Part shown: piece after piece, positions 54,253 through 64,000 of the stretch
Position numbering within the stretch: position 1 is the first letter of the stretch
Layout: the number at the start of each line of letters is the position of its first letter
Assembly: GCF_006345805.1 (NCBI RefSeq)
Contig: NC_043017.1
Span: forward strand, 24,552,001 to 24,616,000
Reading direction: 5' to 3'
Source of the DNA: Octopus sinensis
Lineage: Eukaryota
Length of the DNA: 64,000 bases
Program-made: the position numbers and the translations under genes
Notes under the pieces: generated by a model
Databases searched by the model: none
Told to the model about the DNA's origin: nothing
Seen by the model: the letters and a program-made list of their open reading frames with translations, nothing else

Positions 54253-54510
54253 TATCACCAAGCATAGATTGGCATATTTCAGTCATATTATGCGGAGAAA
54301 ATCCCTGGAGAAGGACATCATGCTCGGAATGGTCAGTGGCAAGCGAGGAATAAGCCGACCAAGAACCCGCTGGCTTGACACCATCAAGAGGGATACCGGA
54401 ATGGACATAGCCAGTCTGAAAGAAGCGGCCCAGGATAGAACTGACTGGAGGACACTGATCCAACGAGTGACCGAAAGTCAACTTCGACTGAGCGGATAGA
54501 TAGATAGATA
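54253..54510 (+). mobile_element. RTE-clade LINE 3' end fragment nested in a SINE microsatellite; sister of 11398
   Basis: Same peptide, same 5' boundary, (GATA)n tail. Confidence 0.85.
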
Positions 54511-57500
54511 TATATACATGTGCATGTGTGTGTCTGTGTTTACCCCCCCCCCCCGCCCCACACATTGCTTGACAACCGATGCTTGTGTGTTTATGTCCCC
54601 GTAACTTAGCAGTTTGGCAAAAGAGACCGATAGAAAGAATAAGTACTAGGCTTACAAAGAATAAGTCCTGGGGTCTATTTGCTCATCTAAAGGCGGTGCT
54701 CCAGCATGGCCACAATCAAATGACTAAAACAAGTAAAAGAGTAAAAGAGAAAGAGAGTAACGAAGCTAAAGCATTACATTTGAGCTGCCAAAATCATTAG
54801 AGCATTGGATGTAACTCTTCCAACTTGTTACATTCTGAGTTCAAATTCCTCAAGGTCAACTTCGTCTTTCAACTTTTCAGAGCTAATAAAATAAAGACCA
54901 TTGAAGTTCTGAGGGGGTTAATGTAAACAACTTACCCCCTCCTATCAAACTTGCTGGCCTTGTGCTAAAGTTAGGAAGAATTGATCTGCTAGAAATAACC
55001 GAACCGCTAAATTACTGGGACGTAAACACACCAGCATTGGCTGTCAAACGATGTTGTGGGGGAGGGAACAAACACAGACACACATACATATATATACATA
55101 TAAATTTAAATAATGATGGAGATAAATTGAATATTGATTTAATTAATATCAATTTAAAACCAGTAGCATAGCATACAAAAATCTGAAAAATCAGAGAAAA
55201 TTCTAATACATGTGTATATTTAAAGAGCTAAAAACCACTATGTGGACAGCCGTATGCTAGAAGTAGATCACCAACGATCAAACTACAAAGAAAAAGAAAA
55301 GAATGTTCTCTAGAGAGAACATATATATACATATATACGACAGGCTTCTTTCAGTTTCTGTCTACCAAATCCACACAAGGCTTTGGTCGGCCCGAGGCTA
55401 TAGAAGACACTTGCCCAAGGTGCCACGCAGTGGGACTGAACCTGGAACCATGTGGTTGGTAAGCAAACTACTTACCACACAGCCACTCCTATACCTGCAT
55501 AGTATGTTGGACAAATGTCATATTCTATTGCCTTAGATTGACCCATATCTTGTGAGTGAAATTGGGCAGATGGACACTGTTGGATGGATTGTATCTCCAA
55601 GTCAAAACATACTGCCAATTGCAGTGATTCTGTTGCAAAATCATGCTGCCTGCAATGTTCAGCTTGTCACACACTAATTCAGATGATAAAATGACGGATC
55701 CACTACCATGTATGTATATCTTTTACTTGTTTCACTCATTGGACGTTGACCATGCAGGGGCATTGCTTTGAAGAATTTTGTATTCGAATGATTTGACCCC
55801 AGTACTTATTTTATCAATCTATTTTGCCAAACTGCTAGGTAAGCTTGTGCCAACCCAACCTTTTGCTTGGAGCTCATTTATCCAACAGACCAACACTGAT
55901 TGTCAAGTAGTGGTAGGGGGCAAACACATACTCTCTTTACTCTTTTACTTGTTTCAGTCATTTGACTGTGGCCATGCTGGAGCACCGCCTTTAGTCGAGC
56001 AAATCGACCCCGGGACTTATTCTTTTGTAAGCCCAGTACTTATTCTATCGGTCTCTTTTGCTGAACCGCTAAGTGACGGGGACGTAAACACAACAGCATC
56101 GGTTGTCAAGCAGGGGGGGGGGCAAACACACATATATATATATATACATATATACGACAGGCTTCTTTCAGTTTCCGTCTACCAAATCCACTCACATGGC
56201 ATTGGTCGGCCCGGGGCTATAGCAGAAGACACTTGCCCAAGATGCCACGCAGTGGGACTGAACCCGGAACCATGTGGTTGGTTAGCAAGCTACTTACCAC
56301 AGTGGCCATGCTGGGGCACTGCTTTGAAGAATTCTTAGTTGAATGTATCAATCTCAGTACTTATTTTCTTAAAAGCCTGGTATTTATTCCATCAGTCTCT
56401 TTTGCTGAACTGCTAAGTTAAAGGGATGTAAACACACCAGCACAGGGTTGTCAAGTGGTGGTGGGCAGAACAAATATGACAGGCTTCTTTCAGTTTCCAT
56501 CTAGCAAATCCACTCACAGAGCTTTGGTCGGCCTGAGACTTTAGTAGAAGGCACTTGCCCAAGATGCCATTCAGAGCCACACCTGTATATATGATAGGCT
56601 TCTTTCAGTTTCCATATACTAAATCCACTCACATGGCTTTGGTTGGCCTGAGAGTATAGTAGAAGGCACTTGCCCAAGATGCCATGCAGTAGCACTGAAC
56701 CCAGAACCATGTTTGGGAAGCAAGCTTCTTACCACACAGCCATACATGTATATACGATTGGCTTCTTTCAGTTTCTATCTACAAAACCCACTCACAAGGC
56801 TTTGGTTGGCCCAAGGATATAGTGGAGGAGAATTGCCTAAGATGTCACATAGAGTTATAGTCCAAGCTGTGCCCTCACGAAGCACATATGTAGATTCGTT
56901 TTCCAAGTTGATATATCTGTAGATGTTAGGATCCACATGAGTTGAAAATACATTTAGTACTGGGACTATATTTTAATTCTCTATTTGACGAGTTGTTGTT
57001 TTCCTATATGTATACCACTGTAACATCAATTGGTAAAGAAACATGTACTATGGAATAGCATCTTCTACTATATATATATAATCACTTGATGTCCACTTTT
57101 CCATGTTTGTATGGATCAGATAGAATTTGTTGAGGCAAATTTCTCTTCAGCCTGATGTCCTTGTTGCCAACCCTCACCCATTTCCAAGTAAGACAATATT
57201 TACCCATGACCAGACATGTTTTCACGGAAGATTGGAAACGAGGGATACCAATTGCAAGATGGCAACATCTGTTTAACAACCATTACATTAAGCCAAGACA
57301 AGAAGACAGTAACACACATATATGATGGGCTTCTTAGCTTGTCTGTGAAATCCACTTCCAAGGCTTTGGTCGTCCAGGGGTTTGCCAAAGTACCAAAGTG
57401 TGCTTGGACCCAAGAGCAAACTTCATCACACAGCTGCATCTGATTTATAGTCATTGGCTGTCTTCTTCATGCTTGCATGGGTCAATTTCTTGAGGCAGAT

Positions 57501-58166
57501 TTTCCTACAGCCAGATGCCTAACCTGTTGACAAGCTAGGTAATATTTCCTCTCTGATCAGACGTCTTTCATAGAAGGCTGAAAACAATCATGTTCATTAA
57601 CAACCATTATGTAATATCAAAACGAGCCCACACACACATTTCCCAGTTTCTGTGGACCATCATTTAATGTCCAGCTTTCACGCAGGCAAGGTTCAGACTG
57701 TTTGACAGCAGCTAACCAGCTGAAGGGCTGTTGAGCCTACATCGGTTTTATCATGGTTTCCACATCTGGATGCCCTTCCTAATGCCAACCACTTTGGTGT
57801 GTATACTGGGTGCCTTTTACGTGGCACTGGCACCTACAAGATTAGGAATGCTCAGCAGGAGAGGATTGCATGGGACAAGCCTGCATGCAAGGGCAACCAT
57901 GCTTTTACTTAAGTTGACAGGTCTTTTCAAATACAGCAAACTGCCTGGAGCCATAGTTCCTTGAGTTCAAAAGCCTGTAGATCCTTTCTCACCACTGACC
58001 AATGTTAGGAAGCAAACTTCAGCCACACTTGTGCCTACATCTTCATCATTTAACACCCATTTCCCATACTGAGCAATATATCTAAATGTAGTCAGGCTTT
58101 TGTAAGTAAAAATCTACTTTATTGTAATATTTAAACATTTCAAGTTAGAGTGTTAACCATCTAAAC

Positions 58167-58986
58167 CAGTGTTTATCAACCATTTTTTTGCTTACTCTAC
58201 TGGATCCAGGCAAACAGTCAATGTTTAAAAGTCCCATATATTTTTATAATATTGTCACGAAAGAATATAAAGTCAACTATTTGCAGCAAATGGAAGAAAT
58301 ATTCTTATAAATTTAACCATTTAGTGTTCACATTATTCTGCCACAATCCTTTTTGATCCACATTATTTTGAACTAATCAGGCATTATCTTGTAGCTAAGA
58401 GATTTTGATGAGGTAGCTGTTAATTTTTAAAACGATATTGTAGGGTTGGTGTGAGAGACTAGATCTGGCCAGTTTGAACATAAAACAGGCAGAATACTTT
58501 TGGCCGGTTTAAATGGTACGGAAATAAGACTGCTCTGTCTCTAGTTCTACAAATAATGGATTCTTAATTCGTTGAAAAATAATGTTAGTGTCACCAATTT
58601 AAAGCATGCTGCATGGTTTTTGTGTTTTTCTGAGGTGGACAATTTAAATTGGCATGGGAACGTGCGGTGTCAATTGGTGATGTAAACCTGGGAAAGGAAA
58701 AACTAGTCAGTGTGAACCCGGGCAGCAAAGAACTACATTTCACAAGACATCTAGCTGTGTATGACTACTTCTTTCGCTCTAAGCAATATGACTTGCTAGG
58801 CTGGCCTGCATCTTCCCAGCTGCTGGAATCGTGTTGGTGTCAGGAGGCTACATTTTGCAACAATATTATTAAGAATTGTTGAAAAAAATTTTTAAAAAAA
58901 TATTTCTTGCATTGTAGAAATTTATTGCACATGAATTTTAACAGAAAAAACCTTATGTGGTCCGCCAAGGACCCTGGTTGATACTG
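58167..58986. mobile_element. hAT-type non-autonomous element with 8-bp TSD and a nested piggyBac-like MITE
   Basis: ATCTAAAC at both 58159-58166 and 58987-58994. TIRs CAGTGTTTATCAACC / GGTTGATACTG. Confidence 0.75.
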
Positions 58987-59055
58987 ATCTAAACTGACAG
59001 ATTATATTAAAAATAACAGTAACAAACATGATAAGTTCCACTTTTTTTTAGACCT

Positions 59056-59061
59056 TTTATT
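59056..59061 (-). terminator. RACK1 poly(A) signal
   Basis: AATAAA on the - strand about 52 nt after the stop codon. Confidence 0.7.
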
Positions 59062-59113
59062 GATATTAATCTGAACAGCCACTATCATACATTTTAGGGT
59101 GATTTTAAATTGT

Positions 59114-59287
59114 TCAGCGAGCGGCAGTAGACACTTGCCAGACACGGATATTATTATCTGTGTAACCAGCAAACAATGTTTGACCATCAGCAGACCAAGC
59201 CAAAGACATACAGTTGGGTTGTGACTTTGTACTTTGGGTAATAACTTCTGGACGAAGCTCATCAACAACATTTTTGCCTTCAAGATC
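59114..59287 (-). CDS. RACK1: RACK1 terminal exon ([57 protein letters not shown])
   Basis: Acceptor ttttctgattgcag, 58 codons ending in TGA at 59114-59116. Confidence 0.97.
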   Translation of the reverse strand, partial: DLEGKNVVDELRPEVITQSTKSQPNCMSLAWSADGQTLFAGYTDNNIRVWQVSTAAR

Positions 59288-59683
59288 CTGCAATCAGAAA
59301 AATAAAATAATTCACATGTATTTATATATATACACCGGAAAAAAAATATAACAACAAGCATAAGTTCATATATATTCCCTACAAACATTTCACCATTGTG
59401 GTTAATTGCAACTTCTGCAGTGGGTGTTCTAAGTGCAATTGGATGCTGAGTCACAGCAGTTCAACAGAGGAACATTTTTTACATTTGCTCTGTATATTAT
59501 AACCAGTAATACTGATAAGTACAGTAGTAATTACACTACTGCAGTGGAAATATGCTGGATGTTGATACTTTACAAGGAGCTCTCAACCCACCTACAGCAG
59601 TTGTACATATAACTGTACACACAAGAAACACTATCTATGCAGAGGGTAATTCATTATTTCAAGAGAGAGAGAGGAACTTGATA

Positions 59684-59905
59684 TACGAAGAGATACTGAA
59701 AAGTTTCTGGCTTTGTGTAAAAAAAAAATACAGGCGGATCAGTTGACTATGATTTTACTCAACACATTTCCCTCTCGGATTCACACACTTATTGCAGTGG
59801 TCCTTCAGTTTTTCCAAACCCTGTAAAAGAACTCAGAGGTTTGAGCCTCCAACCAGGCCTTTTGCAATACCTTTGAAGCCAAGAACCTTTCAGTACCTCC
59901 TTGTA
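59684..59905. mobile_element. Mariner-type MITE, same family, in the last RACK1 intron
   Basis: Same TIRs and internal sequence as 29151. Confidence 0.75.
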
Positions 59906-60054
59906 CAGAAACATTCCTAAGTTTATTTCATAAAAGTTATGAATTACAAAATTAGTAAGTAGTCATCAGGAACTATTATGCATTTAGCTGGATTAGAAAG
60001 GTTAATCCATAGATCTACAAACTAAATAACTTGTGGTTTTGCAATACTAAATTA

Positions 60055-60225
<171 letters not shown>

Positions 60226-60496
60226 CTAAAAAAAAGAAGTAAAAAATAAAATCAATGTAATTATGAAGAAATATTGGTTAAAAAATATTAATTCCAAACT
60301 CCCAGAAATAGATATTCTCATATTACTGTTCTCTAAATCATCACCTAACTAGAAATACAAATCAGAGGCACAGTTTTACTTTCAGGTCAAATAATGGTAT
60401 TGTATTGTGAAGTATACATAATTGTAGAGCAGGAGTCTTTAAATATATTGTAAAAAAAAAAAAAAATAAATAAAAAAAAAAAAAACATGAACTTGC

Positions 60497-60607
60497 CTTG
60501 CCACCTGAGGCACAGAGAGAACCATCAGGAGAAACAGTAACAGTGTTCAAAAATCCAGCATGTCCATGGTGATTAGTCTTCAGCTTGCAGTTGGTAAGAT
60601 TCCACAC
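60497..60607 (-). CDS. RACK1: RACK1 exon ([37 protein letters not shown])
   Basis: Near identical to the known RACK1 sequence, 111 nt. Acceptor ttttctag, donor AAG|GCAAGT (GC type). Confidence 0.98.
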
Positions 60608-60731
60608 CTAGAAAACATCAGATTATATTAACAAAATAACAGTAAATAATTCATACCATTTATCAGGTTTCAGAAATATCAGAGAGCTTGCATAATGCAA
60701 TATTTATCTGAGTATGGAAACATCTACAAAC

Positions 60732-60827
60732 CTTTACAATTTTATCCCAGCCACAGGACACAATGATAGGGTGAGTGGTGCTAGGAGAAAAACGGACACA
60801 AGATGCCCAATCTGCGTGGCCCTCTTC
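60732..60827 (-). CDS. RACK1: RACK1 exon ([32 protein letters not shown]), equivalent to human exon 4
   Basis: Recognisable WD40 sequence, 96 nt, cag|...|gt boundaries, phase 0-0. Confidence 0.97.
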
Positions 60828-60900
60828 CTGAAATGGAGAAATGAAATAGTAAGGAAAAAAAAAACCCCTTTAAAATACTGATGCAATGTAACAAAGAAAC

Positions 60901-60974
60901 TTGCAAGTCCTCATAATTGCAGGATTATCAACATTTAAGATAATGAAATGAAAGTTTTAATCAGTGGACTGCAA
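60901..60974 (-). ncRNA. SNORD96: Box C/D snoRNA, SNORD96-like (5.8S rRNA Gm75 guide), copy 1, intronic in RACK1
   Basis: Terminal stem TTGCA-GTCC/GGAC-T-TGCAA, C box CTGATTA, C' ATGTTGA, guide TCCTGCAATT directly before D box ATGA. Ends about 70 nt upstream of the 3' splice site. Confidence 0.8.
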
Positions 60975-61329
60975 GGAACAATATATATCATGTACAAAAT
61001 TAACATCTGAGAAAAGGAGTAAATTTGCCAATTGAAAAAGAAACAAATTTTTTATCTTTCTGAAAACATGCCCCTCCCCACCATAATACATAACCATGCC
61101 TCGAACCCCAGAACTGATGCTACTTCAGAAGGTAAACGGTCAAGTGGAATCAGTGTCTAAAGGGACATAACTAAATATATTTTCTCCAATGCTGTACTGA
61201 TTGTTCCAAGACTAAAGGAAAAGCATTTTAAGATCTCTCAATAATTTTCATTTTTGAAACACAGGCAGCAAAGAATCCGCCGGGGACCTGTCAGTATGAT
61301 TGCAAATACAAGTGCCTGAAATGCAATTC

Positions 61330-61660
61330 CTTTGAAGGATAGCTGGAGTAATGTTACTAGATAGGATGCGTAACTTGGTAATCAAGGAGTCTCTCCAGGT
61401 CAAACCACTGCCTCTTTACACAGTTCTGGTACTACAGAAGTGTGATTGGAATACCAAAGAAATGGATTACAAAAATTCTTTGAACCAAGCTAAGCCAAGC
61501 AGCAGGAAACCTGATGGTAGACCAAGAACAAGATAGATGGGTAATATCCAGTCTCAGCTGGTTATACTTGGGAGACCAGGAAGAAATGACAGTTGCATCT
61601 GATAGGACCCAACAGAGGAGTATGTGAGGACTTTATCCCAATGACCCTCCCAGGAATTGT
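61330..61660 (+). mobile_element. Old RTE 3' fragment in a RACK1 intron
   Basis: RIAGVMLLDRMRN..IKESLQV...GRPRTR with stops. Confidence 0.5.
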
Positions 61661-62522
61661 GGGTAGAGAAGGTAAATGGAAAACATAGGCAGTGTATTTT
61701 ATTTAAAACAGAGTCACAAAAGGGCTTTATACATTGATTGATAAACCAAACAACATCAATATAATGTGAAGACTCTCAGAAAAAAGGTGTTCTCATTCCA
61801 TATCAATAGCTAATACAATTGTTTCCATCACTGAGTCTGAAATAGGGATTAATGTTGTTTGGTTAGCAAAGTATTAATTAGTACACTGCACACTAACCAT
61901 TCCTTCCCAGAACTTAAGTCCTCTAGAATTCTTAACTCACCAATGTTTTTCCAGGAAAAGTTCAAAATTAACATCAACCACAACTTTGCCCTAAGTTTGA
62001 GAGTGTCTACAAAACATGTTACTGCGATTAATTCATCAGCAGCAGCATCGGTTTGAGCATCTACTTTTCTCTGCCCACATGGTTTGGACAGAATGGTTTA
62101 AGGTAAATTTTATTTATGGCTAGATGCTCTTCCCGCCAGTAATCGTCAACTGTTTCCAAGGTAATATTTCTCCATGGCCAAACATGTTTAGAAGACTGGA
62201 ATTGAAGAACACCACTTGTATGACAGTGACACTCATTTACAGCTACCACAGGATGTTATGGCAAGGATTTGGCCAGTCTGGGGTTATAGTAAACACTTGC
62301 CTAAGGTGCCAAATAGTTGAACTGAACCTGAAAGCATATAGTTGGGAAGCAAACTTTTTGATCACACAACCATGCCTGTACCTATAACCAAGACTAATAA
62401 GGCAAAAAATTGAAGGAACTTGTACGAGACAAAATATAGCAGATTATGGAGTTAAGAAAAATTACTTCTAAACCATACAAATCTGTAAAAGCAAGCAAAG
62501 CAAATATAGCCATGAAGAAAAT

Positions 62523-62592
62523 TGCAAGTCCTCATAATTGCAGGATTATCAGCACAAAAGATAATGAAATAGGTTTAAATCATTGGACTGCA
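62523..62592 (-). ncRNA. SNORD96: Box C/D snoRNA, SNORD96-like, copy 2, intronic in RACK1
   Basis: TGCAGTCC-A-ATGATTT...CCTATTTCATT...GTGCTGA-TAA-TCCTGCAATT-ATGA-GGACTTGCA. Similarity to copy 1 is confined to the snoRNA body. Confidence 0.8.
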
Positions 62593-64000
62593 GAAAGAGA
62601 ATCCCACCCCACAAAATTTTTTCTGGTTAAAATACGAGTTTGCTATACAGCCTATCTTCACACTCCAAATTTGTCATTTCACAAGACTCACAAATTTTAA
62701 ATAGAGGAATTCAGAAAATTAGCAAAATACCTATATGAAATAAATAAAAAAAAAGGTTCTAATTCATATAGGCACAGATGTGGCTGTCTGACACCTCAGG
62801 CAAGAGTCTTCTACTATAACCCTGGTGGAAGCTGAAAGATCATAGTATATATGTTTTTTGTCTCCCACCGCTCAACAACTGGTGTTGGTTTGTCTACAAA
62901 CCCGTAACTTAGCAGTTCGGCAAAATAGACTGATGAAATAAGTACCAGGCTTCCAAAAATTTGTAAAGTACTTCTGTGGGTGGGTGAGGCAACTAAATCC
63001 TTTCACGGCAGTACCCCAGCATGGTCACATGCAAATGACTGAAACAATAAAATGATCTAGATATTAAGAACCAGGACAGTCTCGGGTGAAATGGTACTAC
63101 CTGATCAAGATCGTTCACATCCAGCTCAACCACATCATCCATCATAATACTGTACAGCATTCAGGAAGTCTGTAGGACAACCAATCTGTGTATGCATAAG
63201 GATGTACCAGTTGTATTTAGCTTTCCAGTAATGCCTTATAAGGCTTACACATGTCAAACAATATCAGTGCTTGTGAGAAGACTAACAAAGTCTTCACAAC
63301 AATGCCTCAAATACATACATCTGTTACAACCACGAGGGCTCAATAAACACAAACAAAACCTAAAATCTAGTCTCCTTCATATACTAATGAAGTAAACATC
63401 ACAACCACAGAAAAAAATGTAAAAAGTTCATTGTGTGAAAGAATGGACTGTTTTCTTCACAGCCCCCCATATCACCAGGATGTTGTAATTGCTACCTAAT
63501 AATTGAAAGTGAATCAGAGCTGTTGTATGGATTCACTGCCTGATAGATTAGTTATCAATCCTTTTAATACTAACCCCTTTGAGACCACCCTTGGGTTAAT
63601 GATACAAACCCATTTTGAAAGTTTTATGTATATATATATCACCCTTTAGCAATCAGATTATTCTGTCAAATGTGATGTTTATACACATTGATTTAAATTA
63701 ATCATGCATTATCTTATGATTGTTTATTTCTAGAATAATATTGTATGGTAAGTGTGAGAAGCCAGATCTAGCCAGGCTGAAGATAAAACAGAGATTATTT
63801 TGGTTAAATGTAGTCAGTTTAAATGTCAAAGGGTTAAATTCCAAATACCAGCTTTTTTTCTTCTCTCTAGTTTCAGCTCAGAGCTGCAGCCATGCTGATG
63901 CACCGCCGTTATAAAAGGTTAAGTCGACGTTGGAGGAATTTGAACTCAGAACGTAAAGCCTGAAGAAATGCCGTTAAACATTTTGCCTAACGTGCTAACA

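Noticed and set aside
59390-59600. Hairpins plus AGAGCA and ACA words in the last RACK1 intron (H/ACA-like)
   Set aside because: Spacing from pocket to ACA and hairpin lengths do not fit the H/ACA geometry.
60290-60330. Perfect C box (GTGATGA) in a RACK1 intron, where a SNORD95 counterpart might be expected
   Set aside because: No downstream D box or terminal stem, and no SNORD95-type guide.
63486-63560. Stem-loop AGTGAATC/GATTCACT followed by ACA on the - strand
   Set aside because: The ACA is about 21 nt from the upper stem (14-16 expected) and there is no first hairpin or H box.
60828-64000. RACK1 exons 1-3
   Set aside because: No matching sequence found on the - strand. They presumably lie beyond the window end.

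Overview
This is very AT-rich animal genomic DNA packed with microsatellites, SINEs and MITEs. The repeat families look like those of octopus/coleoid cephalopods; this is inferred from recognition, not from a search. I could rebuild two spliced genes by hand. (1) A + strand gene of at least 10 phase-consistent coding exons (13664-32947, about 422 aa, N-terminus not located). It encodes an unnamed single-pass membrane protein with a small EGF/EB-like plus furin-like Cys-rich ectodomain, a TM helix, an FDNxxY motif, a helical cytoplasmic domain, a Tyr-rich tail with a DSGxxS motif and a PDZ-type C-terminus. (2) The last four coding exons of RACK1/GNB2L1 on the - strand (59114-60827), including one GC-AG intron. 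The RACK1 intron upstream of these exons holds two copies of a box C/D snoRNA with the SNORD96-type 5.8S Gm75 guide. Both copies carry a compensatory non-canonical C/D pair and a possible second guide resembling SNORD98 (18S). Penelope-like fragments carry minimal hammerhead-ribozyme motifs, and one sits in a long perfect-type palindrome. The rest is tRNA-derived SINEs, RTE/CR1/R4-type LINE ends, mariner/piggyBac/hAT/pogo MITEs and simple repeats. All calls come from reading the sequence; no database searches were run.
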